A stretch of 64,000 bases of DNA from an uncultured Christensenellaceae bacterium. GTDB lineage: Bacteria; Bacillota; Clostridia; Christensenellales; CAG-314. The position numbers were made by a program, and so were the translations under genes. Numbering within the stretch: the first letter of the stretch is position 1; each line of letters begins with the position of its first letter. Positions 9,003 to 18,216 of the stretch are shown piece after piece. The stretch is taken from NCBI GenBank assembly GCA_910586625.1, contig CAJUIZ010000003.1, positions 55,254-119,253 on the forward strand, written 5' to 3'. The notes below the pieces were generated by a model. The model was not told the origin of the DNA. It made no database searches and was given only the letters and a program-made list of their open reading frames with translations.

Positions 9003-9200
9003 AATGCGTAATGCGTAATTAGAAAAGCCCGTTTGACAACGGGCTTGCGTTTTTATAAGGTGTCGCTGCGCCGAACTTCTCCGTACGCTTCGCTTTTTTA
9101 ATGCGTAACGCGCAATGCGCAATGCGTAATTAGGGTTACGCTTCGATAGACTTCTCGGCTACTTGTCATGTCGAGCGCAGTTTCGGCAAAGGTCGCCGAA
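9003..9200 (+). repeat. modular repeat region, copy B (two heptad arrays)
   Basis: Heptads at 9003-9023 plus hairpin AAGCCCGTTTGACAACGGGCTT (9025-9046). A partial M1 lies at 9075-9095. A second five-heptad array is at 9100-9134, and M2 (TTTCGGCAAAGGTCGCCGAA) is at 9181-9200. Confidence 0.75.
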
Positions 9201-9240
9201 CGTTGCGAGACGTCTATGCGAGCGGAGCGAGTAGCATTTT

Positions 9241-10266
9241 TTACATAGTATCGCGTGTGGCGGTAGACTGAACGTCGGCAGCGACGCGTTCGACTTTGTC
9301 AAGAAAGCCCGTTACCGTGCGCGTATACAGCGCCTTGTCCGTCAAATGGCTGCGGGCGTGTCCCGCGCCGTCGAACAAATGCAGCTCGGACAGGGAATTG
9401 CGGCATACGGCGTACATATCTTCGGAGTGATGCGGAAAAATGAAGTCGTCCGCCCTGCCGTGAATGAAGCAAATGGGAACGTCGCTGCCCTTTACGTCTT
9501 CGATAGGACGGCACTTACTGAAATCGTAGCCGTAGAATGTTTTAGCCATGCTTGCGCAATAGTCCACTATCGGACGGGACGGCAGGTGAAACAGATGCTC
9601 GAACAGCTCGCGGTAGTAGCCTTCCGTATCGGAAAAGGGGCAGTCGGCAACCACCAAATCCACGTCGGAACGCAAGCCCAACACCGACAATACCGTAGCC
9701 GCGCCCATACTCTCGCCGTGGAGAGCTATAAAACAATCGTTACCGAATTCGCCGCGCGCGTAATCTATCACAATAGACAAATCGGCGCGTTCGTAGTACC
9801 CGAGAGTACAAAACTTACCCTCCGATTCGCCGAAATACGCGTGGTCGTAAATTATTACGTTGTAGCCCGAGTTATAAAATATCTCGGCGTATTTGAGCGA
9901 ATTGAGCCTGTTCATTGTGTGTCCGTGGCAGATAATCGCTGCCTTTTGCCTGCCGTTAACTTGCGCAGCCTTGCTATTGTATATCACTTCTCCGCGCAGT
10001 TTGCCGTGTAGTCCGTTGATATCGAACGTTTTTTTGTTCCAGTTGTTGTCGTAATCGGTATAATCGACGTGTTCTACGGACGTTTGACGTTGACGCACTT
10101 CTTCGAACGTGTGACGCACTGGCGTACATGCAGTACACAAAACGAAACGCGCCATAATAAGACACGCTATCTGCCAAAGTATAATAAGCCCTGCCACCAC
10201 GCCCAAGCAGACCAAGAATATCTGATATGGCGCAAGCGGCGTTAAGGTCAGAATCAAATTTAACAT
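9241..10266 (-). CDS. alpha/beta hydrolase with N-terminal membrane anchor
   Basis: HGESMGA nucleophile elbow, with D and H further downstream. Start ATG 10266 has a GGAGAA RBS. The track's 115-aa N-terminal extension overlaps the upstream SDR gene and I rejected it. Confidence 0.8.
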   Translation of the reverse strand: MLNLILTLTPLAPYQIFLVCLGVVAGLIILWQIACLIMARFVLCTACTPVRHTFEEVRQRQTSVEHVDYTDYDNNWNKKTFDINGLHGKLRGEVIYNSKAAQVNGRQKAAIICHGHTMNRLNSLKYAEIFYNSGYNVIIYDHAYFGESEGKFCTLGYYERADLSIVIDYARGEFGNDCFIALHGESMGAATVLSVLGLRSDVDLVVADCPFSDTEGYYRELFEHLFHLPSRPIVDYCASMAKTFYGYDFSKCRPIEDVKGSDVPICFIHGRADDFIFPHHSEDMYAVCRNSLSELHLFDGAGHARSHLTDKALYTRTVTGFLDKVERVAADVQSTATRDTM

Positions 10267-10325
10267 ACGTTTTCTCCGATAGTATATTGTATAAACCGAT
10301 CCGCGCGCAATGAGCGGACACAGAA

Positions 10326-11027
10326 TTACAGCTTGATTATTTTTCCGTTGGAAGGACTTGACGCCGCTTGGTAAATTGCTTCCGCAACTTCGGCAGGAGT
10401 ATACGCCTTGGTTGACGTTTCGCGGCAAAACCCGTCTATTTCCGCCTGCGAATAATTCGACGACATATCCGTAAGCACCATAGGCGGACATACGGCAAGG
10501 ACGGATACCGACGTTTGGGCAAGCTCGTCCGCCAAGCTGCGCGTAACGCCCAAAACTGCGTGCTTGGATGCGGAATACACGCTCTCGCAGCTTGCGCCTT
10601 GCAGTCCCCATATCGACGAAAGGTTGATTATGCTTGCGTTTTCACCCTTTAACAGCAGCGGCAAAGCGCGCTGACAGCAGAAAAACGTTCCCTTGACGTT
10701 TACGTCCATTACGCGGTCGAACTCCCGCTCGGTAACGTCCTGCACTTGCTTGGAGAGCGAAACGCCGGCGTTGTTGACAAGCGCGTCTAAACGCTTGAAG
10801 TACTGCGATACCCAATCGAACATTGCGGACACCTGAGCAAAATCGGAAACGTCCGCTTTGAACAAATGCACGTCGCAGTTTTCCGAAATAAGCCGCTGAC
10901 GTAGTTCCTGCGCCTGACGTTCGCTTGCGTTGTAGTTAAGTATTACGGTATAACCGTTTTTTGCAAATTGCTCGACGGTTGCCGCGCCTATTCCGCGCGA
11001 ACCGCCTGTTATAAGAGCCGTCTTCAT
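10326..11027 (-). CDS. SDR family oxidoreductase (FabG-like)
   Basis: TGGSRGIG cofactor motif, NNAG, YSASK catalytic motif. Start at MKTALITGG. Confidence 0.85.
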   Translation of the reverse strand: MKTALITGGSRGIGAATVEQFAKNGYTVILNYNASERQAQELRQRLISENCDVHLFKADVSDFAQVSAMFDWVSQYFKRLDALVNNAGVSLSKQVQDVTEREFDRVMDVNVKGTFFCCQRALPLLLKGENASIINLSSIWGLQGASCESVYSASKHAVLGVTRSLADELAQTSVSVLAVCPPMVLTDMSSNYSQAEIDGFCRETSTKAYTPAEVAEAIYQAASSPSNGKIIKL

Positions 11028-11119
11028 AATCAATATTATATAACACCGAATTGCGTTATGCAAGCGTAAAAACGGAAAATATAAAAACCCTTCGCATATA
11101 CGAAGGGTTAAAATAACAA

Positions 11120-11398
11120 TTACTTATTGGATAAATCATTTACTAACGCATTTATATGCGCTATTTGTTCGTCGGAAAGATTGCTGACGTCGATTACTCG
11201 GTCGAAACTTAAACCCAACAAATAATCGCACGATACGTGAAAAAATTGAGCTATCTTGACAAGCATATCAATAGACGGCTGAATGTTGTCGTTTTCCCAA
11301 TTGGACACGCACTGTTTGCTAACGCCCAATTCTTCGCCTAATTTTACTTGGCTGATATTCATCGCAATACGCAATTCTTTTATTCTTTCGTTCAACAT
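11120..11398 (-). CDS. XRE family HTH transcriptional regulator
   Basis: ISQVKLGEELGVSKQCVSNWEN helix-turn-helix. ATG 11398 follows a GGAG RBS. Confidence 0.8.
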   Translation of the reverse strand: MLNERIKELRIAMNISQVKLGEELGVSKQCVSNWENDNIQPSIDMLVKIAQFFHVSCDYLLGLSFDRVIDVSNLSDEQIAHINALVNDLSNK

Positions 11399-11485
11399 AC
11401 CAACTCCATTATGTACCAATTTTCAATACAATTATACAAATTTAGTTGACTAAATAAAAATACTATGGTATTTTAATAATTGACT

Positions 11486-11755
11486 ATGAGTATACCGAGA
11501 GATGTGAACAACGTACTAAAAAAGATGTACGGGGAAAACTACAACATATGCGAAGTTTTGGAAAAATTGCTTGGACCGATAGGAAACGAAGAACGCGAAA
11601 CGTACGACAAGCTGTTGTCCAATATGTCTGACGAGCAAAAAGAACTGTTATGCCGATACCTGCGTCTGTATGGCGAAAGAGTATTCAGAATGCAATGCAG
11701 AAGGTTCGAATTGGGCTTCAAAGCGGGACTGTCAGCAGAGAAAAGCAAAGATTAA
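11486..11755 (+). CDS. small hypothetical protein divergent from the XRE gene
   Basis: About 90 aa, helical, ending in FELGFKAG. It resembles small proteins seen beside XRE genes in Clostridia (recollection only). The start could instead be TTG at 11480. Confidence 0.45.
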   Translation: MSIPRDVNNVLKKMYGENYNICEVLEKLLGPIGNEERETYDKLLSNMSDEQKELLCRYLRLYGERVFRMQCRRFELGFKAGLSAEKSKD

Positions 11756-11887
11756 GAATAATTAAACACACAAGGAACCGTCAAAATTCTGACTTTCATA
11801 AATAATTTTACCTGCAACAAAAACTAATAGCCCGCTAACTTCGTAAGCGAAGTATAGCGGGCTACATTTTATTCGGTGTTTACTTTT

Positions 11888-12280
11888 CGTCATTGCGAGG
11901 CATTTATGCCGAAGCAATTTAGACATTTAAGCTACTGTATGAGTTTATAATACAAATCTTCCCAATTGGGATTCATCGTTTCTATCAAATTTAACTTTGC
12001 TTTGCGAGAACCGCCTTTTATTTGCTTTTCACGTTGGATTGCATCGGTAATATCCGCAAATATTTCGTAATATCCGAGTTTATCGACGTTGTACTTTTTA
12101 GTAAAGCCATCGACGGTTTTGCTTTTATGTTCCCAAACTCGACGAATTAAATTATTCGTTACACCGGTATACAATGTGCCGTTTCGAAAATTAAACATTA
12201 TATACACATAAGAAACGCGATTGTTCATATTTTACTTGTTTATTCTGGATTGCTTTGTCGCTTCGCTCCGCGCAATGACG
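11888..12280 (-). mobile_element. candidate minimal GIY-YIG unit: nuclease ORF bracketed by inverted hairpin motifs
   Basis: Left end is CGTCATTGCGAGG (11888-11900). Right end is CCGCGCAATGACG (12268-12280), whose reverse complement CGTCATTGCGCGG matches 12 of 13 positions. Each end sits in an ATTGC...GCAAT hairpin. I saw no target-site duplication. Confidence 0.4.
11932..12228 (-). CDS. GIY-YIG nuclease family protein (UPF0213/COG2827 type, 98 aa)
   Basis: YVYIMFNFRNGTLYTGVTNNLIRRVWEHK...REKQIKGGSRKAK is the classical GIY...YTG...R..EH...E core. Confidence 0.85.
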   Translation of the reverse strand: MNNRVSYVYIMFNFRNGTLYTGVTNNLIRRVWEHKSKTVDGFTKKYNVDKLGYYEIFADITDAIQREKQIKGGSRKAKLNLIETMNPNWEDLYYKLIQ

Positions 12281-12354
12281 GCGGGGATAATGCTTGTTGC
12301 GGTAGTATAGAGTTGGGACTGAATAATAAAGAACGGAATATTTGCGGCGGCGCG

Positions 12355-14226
12355 CTATTCCGTTTGCAGGGTTTCCCATTCCGTCATTACCTGTTCCAAT
12401 TCGGCGTCGGCTTGGGACAGACGCTGTAATACGGGCGCGAGCTTAGAATAGTCCGCGGCATACTCGGGTTCGGCGGATTTAGCGTTTAAGTCTGCAATTT
12501 CCGTTTCCAATTCCGTAATACGGTTTTCCAACTCCTTTAGCTTCTTGGCGCGGTTGGTTTCTTCCGCGCGCTGACGCGCGCTGCGATAGGTTGACTGCGC
12601 CGCCTTGACAGGCTTGGGCGAATTTGCTTCGGCGGACTTCTTGGCGGACGAGTACGCTTCGTAATTGCCTTCGGAGACGGTAAGAGAGTTATTTTCCAAC
12701 ACGGCTATCTTGGTGGACAGGGCGTTTACGAAATACCTGTCGTGCGAAACGAACAGCAGCGTTCCCGAATACTCAGTCAACGCTTCTTCCAACGCTTCGC
12801 GGGAAGGAAGGTCAAGGTGGTTGGTTGGCTCGTCGAGCAGCAACAGGTTGCAGTCCTTAGCCATAATCATTGCAAGCCCCAACTTTGCGCGTTCGCCGCC
12901 CGAAAGGTCGGACACGCGCTTGTATACGTCGTCTGCGCCGAGAGTTACCGCGGCAAGCAGACTGCGCACTTCCGTCTGGCTCATACGGGTGTTATCGAAC
13001 CACAGCTGATCCAACACGCGCAGGTTTCCTTGAAGATTAAGGTTTTCCTGATCGTAGTAGCCCACGCGGACGTTTTTGCCGAAAACTATCTTGCCCAAGT
13101 CCTGCGGTTTGGGCGAAGCTATGCGCTTGATAAGCGTGGACTTGCCGCTTCCGTTCAGTCCCAAAAGAGCGACCTTGTCGCCGCGCTTGACGGTTAAAGA
13201 CGCATTGGACAAAAGCGGCTTGTCGTAGCCTAAGGTCATATCGGACAACGTAAGCGGAAATTCCGACGGTTCGGACGAATAGCCGAACTTGAAACGCGGC
13301 GGCTGCTCGTCCCGTTTGGGGGCTTCTATCAACGTCATTTTGTCCAAAGTTTTTTCGCGTGATTTAGCCATATCCGCCGTGGAAGCCCTAACCTTGTTGC
13401 GGGCTATGTAGTCGGTAAGCTTGGCTATTTCCTTTTGCTGCTTGTCGTATTCGCGGCGTAAACTCTCGCGGCGTTCCGCCTTTAACGCCTTGTACTTGGT
13501 GTAGTTGCCCTTGTACGTTTCGACACGCTTGTGCTGTACGTCCCAAACGGAAGTACACAGCTTGTCCAAGAAATATCTGTCGTGCGACACTACCAACAAG
13601 GTAGACTTCTTGTCGGAAAGAAACGCTTCCAGCCAGTCTAAAGTTTTGTAATCCAAATGGTTGGTAGGCTCGTCCAATATAAGCAGCTCGGGGCGTTGCA
13701 GCAGCAGCTTGCACAATGCCGCCTTGGTCTTTTCACCGCCGGACAAGGTGGAAACCGTTCTGTCGGAGAACTCCGCCATTCCCATACCGTTAAGCACCGT
13801 CTTCACCTTGACTTCGCAGTCGTACGCTTCCGAAACGTCCGCTTCGACGGTCAAACGGTGATACTTGTCCGCAAGCCGACGGTATTCGTCGCCGTCTGCC
13901 GCTGCCATAAGACGCGCGGTTTCGTTTAACTGACCGATCAAACGCGTTTGCTCGGAGAACACGGTCATCAATTCGTCGAAAAGCGTAAGCGACGAATTGA
14001 AATCGCTGTTCTGCCGAAGAAATCCCATAGTTAAGCCGTTTTTTTTGTAAATGGAACCGGAAAACAATTCCAAATCGCCGTATATACAGGAAAGCAACGT
14101 GCTTTTGCCAGCGCCGTTCGCGCCGACAACGCCGACGTTGTCCCCTTCGTTAAGCTCCAAATTTACGTCTTGGAAAACGGTAACGTCGCCGAAACGGAAC
14201 TGAGCCTGTTTTAATTGCAGTAACAT
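12355..14226 (-). CDS. ABC-F family ATPase (Uup/YdiF-like, C-terminal coiled coil)
   Basis: Two Walker A motifs (GANGAGKST, GLNGSGKST), two signatures (LSGGEK, LSGGER), no transmembrane domain and a charged linker. The C-terminal heptad-like tail is KKLKELENRITELETEIADL. Confidence 0.9.
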   Translation of the reverse strand: MLLQLKQAQFRFGDVTVFQDVNLELNEGDNVGVVGANGAGKSTLLSCIYGDLELFSGSIYKKNGLTMGFLRQNSDFNSSLTLFDELMTVFSEQTRLIGQLNETARLMAAADGDEYRRLADKYHRLTVEADVSEAYDCEVKVKTVLNGMGMAEFSDRTVSTLSGGEKTKAALCKLLLQRPELLILDEPTNHLDYKTLDWLEAFLSDKKSTLLVVSHDRYFLDKLCTSVWDVQHKRVETYKGNYTKYKALKAERRESLRREYDKQQKEIAKLTDYIARNKVRASTADMAKSREKTLDKMTLIEAPKRDEQPPRFKFGYSSEPSEFPLTLSDMTLGYDKPLLSNASLTVKRGDKVALLGLNGSGKSTLIKRIASPKPQDLGKIVFGKNVRVGYYDQENLNLQGNLRVLDQLWFDNTRMSQTEVRSLLAAVTLGADDVYKRVSDLSGGERAKLGLAMIMAKDCNLLLLDEPTNHLDLPSREALEEALTEYSGTLLFVSHDRYFVNALSTKIAVLENNSLTVSEGNYEAYSSAKKSAEANSPKPVKAAQSTYRSARQRAEETNRAKKLKELENRITELETEIADLNAKSAEPEYAADYSKLAPVLQRLSQADAELEQVMTEWETLQTE

Positions 14227-14274
14227 AGTAACTCCGTAAAAAACGGCGCAAGAAGCTCCCGCGCCGTTACAATG

Positions 14275-16758
14275 CTATTTCTTCAAACGAAGCCTTTGTT
14301 TGGGCTTGCTGAGATTGAACGCCTTGGTGCAGGCGAACAGTATAAAGGGAGTAGCCAGTATTTCCACGAGAAGCAACAGCAGCTGTTCTCTGCCGAGCTC
14401 AACATAGTCGAAGAAATTTCTCGTCCAAGGTATACATACGCTTGCGACGACGATTGCGAAAATGCCCAAGTACATTGCTACCTTCCAATTTTTGAAAGGC
14501 TGGCACGCATAATACAGAGCGAACAGTCCGCCGAAGGTATAGGTGATTGTAACAAGCGTTCCCAACTGCTCCTGCGGCACAAGGTTGTCGGCAAATCTGT
14601 GCAAAACGTACAGTACCGCGGTGGTTATAATAAAGGTTATGGACGCGGGCAAGCACCGCTTTAACACGTTGCCGAAGAAATTGCCCTTGATACGCCGTTC
14701 GTTGGGCTGCAAAGCGAGCAGCATTGTGGGTAGCGCAACTATTACCCAGTCCATAAGCATTACGCTCTTATTGCTTACAAGCGGACTTTGCATTGTCTGT
14801 CCGAAGGCGAAATGCAGCAAAACGAGCATCAGGTTGACCACTATGACGTAGATAGTCTTCATAAAGTACATAGAGCTTGCGCTTTGAATGTTGTTGACTA
14901 CCCGTCTGCCTTCCGCAACAACCTTGGGCAAATTGGCAAAGCTGTCGTCCATAAGCACTAAGTGGGAAACCTGCCTTGCCGCAGAGCTTCCGCCGGCAAG
15001 GGATACGGAGCAGTCCGACTCCTTCATTGCGAGAATATCGTTTACGCCGTCGCCCGTCATAGCTACCGTATGGTTGGCTTCGCGCAGAGCCTTGACCAAT
15101 ATCGCCTTTTGGTCGGGAGAAACACGTCCGAACACTGTGTACTGAGTTGCCGATTCGCGCACCTGTTCTTCCGTCATGCCTTCGAGACTTACGTAATTTT
15201 CCGCGTCTCTGACGCCGACGCGCAAAGCTATGTTAGATACAGCCTGCGGATTGTCGCCGGAAATAACCTTGATATCCACGTCGTTGGAAGCAAACCACTC
15301 GATTGTGTCGAACGCGTCGGGACGGATATGGTCTTCGATTACTATTACCGCAACAGGTCTGCGCACCTGCGGCAGAGCCTTATTGTCGTATATGGTTGTG
15401 GTAGAATGCGCCAACAGCAAAACGCGAAGCCCCTGCTCGGCGTATTTTTTTACCAGCTCGTTAACGCGCTCGTTGGGTACTTTGAGCACATATTCCGGCG
15501 CGCCCAAAACATATGTTCCGCTGCCCTTGAAGGAAACCGCCGAAAACTTACGCTCCGACGAAAACGGTATTGTAGCCACAGCTTCGAGCGACGGCTTCTT
15601 GGGACAGCCGAAATATTTTTTTAACGCCTTGCTCGTCATATTGTCCGATTGAAGGGCGTAATTGACGGAAGACATAATCTCGCGGACGGTGTACGTTTGC
15701 CCGCTTTGCCGAAGATCGATGCTTTCGATAACCTGCATAGTGCCGTCGGTAATCGTCCCCGTTTTGTCTAAACACAGCGTGTCCACGCGCGCGAGCATTT
15801 CGATACAATACAGCTCCTGCACCATCGTTTTGTTTTTTGCCAGCCGCAAAAAAGACGTTGCGAGCGCAATACTTGTTAGCAGGAAGGGACCTGCTGGAAT
15901 CATAGAAATTATCGATGCGGTTGTGGGATTGAGCGCTACCCTGTCCAAATTTGCCAACGAGAAGCTTTCCCACGAATTATTGGGATTGGACTCGAAATTG
16001 ACGATATACAAACACACCGTCATAGGCACTATTATCGTAGCGATAAAAATAAGTATTTTACGGAAAGCGCCCAACATTTGCGAGCGCGGTTTTTGATACT
16101 GTTTGGCGCGTCCGGTAAGTCCTGCTATATAGTTATATTTGCCCACCGACGAAACCTGCGCCGTACAGCTGCCGGACACGATAAAACTGCCGGCGTACAA
16201 AGTGTCGCCCGCGCGCTTGGTTACGGCATCCGACTCGCCCGTAAGAATGGACTCGTTGACTTCCACAAAGCCGTCGAGAACAATACTGTCGGCGGAAATC
16301 TGTTCGCCGCCCGAAAGGTAAGTTATGTCGTCCAACACCAAGTCGCTGATGGAAATTTCTCTGTTTTCGCCGTCGCGCATAACCTTTATTTGCGGTTCGG
16401 TGATAAGATTGAGCTTGTCGAGCGTCAGTTTGGACTTGATTTCCTGAATGATTGCGATAGCGGTATTTGCCACTACCACCGGCAAGAACGTGCACTGCGA
16501 AGCCAACCCGTACACGCACAGAATTACCGATATTACAATATAAATAACGTTGAAAAAAGTAAACAGATTGGTCAAAATTATGCCCAATATGCTCTTGCCG
16601 CGTTTGGTCGCGTCCTTGTTGATAAGACCGTTTTCCTGCCGCGCAGTAACTTGCTCGGACGTTAAGCCGAAATCCTTGTTAGGCGCGAAACGTTCTACGC
16701 CGCTTAGATTATCCGGCAGCTTGACGCGTTTATTACGTTTTGTTTTACCGTCTGTCAT
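14275..16758 (-). CDS. cation-translocating P-type ATPase (HAD superfamily)
   Basis: TGES, DKTGTIT (phosphorylated Asp) and MTGDGVNDILAMKESD motifs, with transmembrane segments at both ends. Confidence 0.9.
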   Translation of the reverse strand: MTDGKTKRNKRVKLPDNLSGVERFAPNKDFGLTSEQVTARQENGLINKDATKRGKSILGIILTNLFTFFNVIYIVISVILCVYGLASQCTFLPVVVANTAIAIIQEIKSKLTLDKLNLITEPQIKVMRDGENREISISDLVLDDITYLSGGEQISADSIVLDGFVEVNESILTGESDAVTKRAGDTLYAGSFIVSGSCTAQVSSVGKYNYIAGLTGRAKQYQKPRSQMLGAFRKILIFIATIIVPMTVCLYIVNFESNPNNSWESFSLANLDRVALNPTTASIISMIPAGPFLLTSIALATSFLRLAKNKTMVQELYCIEMLARVDTLCLDKTGTITDGTMQVIESIDLRQSGQTYTVREIMSSVNYALQSDNMTSKALKKYFGCPKKPSLEAVATIPFSSERKFSAVSFKGSGTYVLGAPEYVLKVPNERVNELVKKYAEQGLRVLLLAHSTTTIYDNKALPQVRRPVAVIVIEDHIRPDAFDTIEWFASNDVDIKVISGDNPQAVSNIALRVGVRDAENYVSLEGMTEEQVRESATQYTVFGRVSPDQKAILVKALREANHTVAMTGDGVNDILAMKESDCSVSLAGGSSAARQVSHLVLMDDSFANLPKVVAEGRRVVNNIQSASSMYFMKTIYVIVVNLMLVLLHFAFGQTMQSPLVSNKSVMLMDWVIVALPTMLLALQPNERRIKGNFFGNVLKRCLPASITFIITTAVLYVLHRFADNLVPQEQLGTLVTITYTFGGLFALYYACQPFKNWKVAMYLGIFAIVVASVCIPWTRNFFDYVELGREQLLLLLVEILATPFILFACTKAFNLSKPKQRLRLKK

Positions 16759-17999
16759 AAGTCTAATTTACTTAAAACTCCGTTTCTGTATTCGTAAATT
16801 GCTTCGAAACCTTGCTCTTTGAGCTGTTTTAGCTGATAGGAGAAGTTTTTTATTTTGTACAATACGGACACAGCGCCCTTTTTGCGGAGCTTGTTTACTC
16901 CGTTTGTCAGAGCTACGCGTTCTTCCTTGCACAGGTTTTTGTCCGCAAGTACAGCCGCGCCGCGGTTTTTGTCCGCTCGCGCGCCGCGTTCAGAAAGCAA
17001 CAGGGCTATGCGCTCGAACCCGATAGAGAAACCGCACGCGGGAACGTCCTGCCCCGTAATGCGCCCGATCATCCTGTCGTATCTGCCGCCGCCGGCTATC
17101 GCGCTGTTTAGCCCGTCCACCGTCACTTCGTAGATAGTTCCCGTGTAGTAACCCATTCCGCGAACGAGCGTCACGTCGAACACCACTTTGGCGGTTTTGA
17201 GCGTCTTGTTGGCGACGAACAGTATTTCTTCGATATTTTGACGGACGGAATCAGGGAGAAAGTCGCCTAACTCCTTTACGCAGGCGGCAAAGGGATTTGC
17301 CGACGACGTTATGCGGTTGATCATATCTATAAAGCCTATGGCTTTGTTCGGAGCAATTTCGCTGAGCTCCGCGATTACGCCGGTTACGCCGATTTTGTCC
17401 AGCTTATCCAAAGAAATGAATACGGAGCCCTTCTGTTCGTCGGAGAAGCCGCACTTCTCCGCAAGAGCGTTCAGCAGCCTTCTATCCGACAAACGGACGG
17501 TAACGTCGTTGAAGCCCAACGCGTCCAGCGTTTGACAGGTAGCGGTAATCAGTTCCGTTTCCGCAAGGTTTGTAGGCTCGCCTATTACGTCGATATCGCA
17601 CTGCACAAACTGACGGAAGCGTCCCCTTTGCGGACGGTCGGCGCGCCATACGTTATCCATTTGTATAGATTTGAAAACGGACGGAAGCTGTCCCGAGTTG
17701 TTGGCGTAGAAACGCGCAAGCGGAACGGTAAGGTCGTAACGAAGTCCCAAATCGGCAAGCTCGTTTTCCTTGGCGTTTTCCAATTTTTCTCCGCGCTTCA
17801 ATATCTTGAAAATAAGTTTTTCGTTGTCGCCGCCCTGCTTGGACGTGAGCAAATCGATATTTTCCACGGCGGGAGTTTCTATGCGGGTAAAGCCGAAGCT
17901 TTCGTACGTCTTTTGTATTATTGCCAATATTTGCTGTCTCAAAGCAAATTCGTTAGGCAAAAAATCTCTCATTCCCTTGGCGGGAGTTTTAGATAGCAT
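16755..17999 (-). CDS. hisS: histidine--tRNA ligase
   Basis: GMRDFLP, class II motifs and GGRYD. The stop overlaps the ATPase start by 4 nt. Confidence 0.95.
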   Translation of the reverse strand: MLSKTPAKGMRDFLPNEFALRQQILAIIQKTYESFGFTRIETPAVENIDLLTSKQGGDNEKLIFKILKRGEKLENAKENELADLGLRYDLTVPLARFYANNSGQLPSVFKSIQMDNVWRADRPQRGRFRQFVQCDIDVIGEPTNLAETELITATCQTLDALGFNDVTVRLSDRRLLNALAEKCGFSDEQKGSVFISLDKLDKIGVTGVIAELSEIAPNKAIGFIDMINRITSSANPFAACVKELGDFLPDSVRQNIEEILFVANKTLKTAKVVFDVTLVRGMGYYTGTIYEVTVDGLNSAIAGGGRYDRMIGRITGQDVPACGFSIGFERIALLLSERGARADKNRGAAVLADKNLCKEERVALTNGVNKLRKKGAVSVLYKIKNFSYQLKQLKEQGFEAIYEYRNGVLSKLDL

Positions 18000-18029
18000 A
18001 CAAGGCTTTCTCCTTTATGTTATTAAATA

Positions 18030-18201
18030 AATGCGGGTGCGCTGCGCTTTTTTAATGCGTAATTAAAGGTTTCGCTGCGATAGACTTCTCCGCGCGCAAC
18101 ACTGACGTGTTGCTTGGTCGAAGTGACATTTGCAAGGTGTCGCTTCTCTTCTTAATGCGTAATGTCGGAAGCCCGTTGGAACAACGGTCTTACATTTTTT
18201 T
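18030..18201 (+). repeat. modular repeat region, copy C
   Basis: Heptads at 18054-18067. M1 at 18084-18129 carries an internal GCAACAC-tgac-GTGTTGC stem. Further heptads are at 18154-18167, followed by a degenerate hairpin (18169-18191) and T7. Confidence 0.75.
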
Positions 18202-18216
18202 ATAAGGTTTCGCTTG

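Noticed and set aside
9241-10611. Full-length 456-aa version of the hydrolase ORF
   Set aside because: The first 115 codons overlap the SDR gene 3' end and look non-coding (Arg/Gly-rich). An internal ATG at 10266 has a good RBS and begins a transmembrane anchor. I made similar N-terminal trims for pgi (19737 to 19611), queC (58067 to 57740), pepF, GH30, GT4, queD and the SDR.
18000-18216. T-box leader upstream of hisS (also considered for lysS)
   Set aside because: I found no T-box sequence (AATTAGGGTGGTACCGCG-like) or specifier/antiterminator arrangement by eye. The space is filled by heptad and M1 modules, and lysS follows greA directly.
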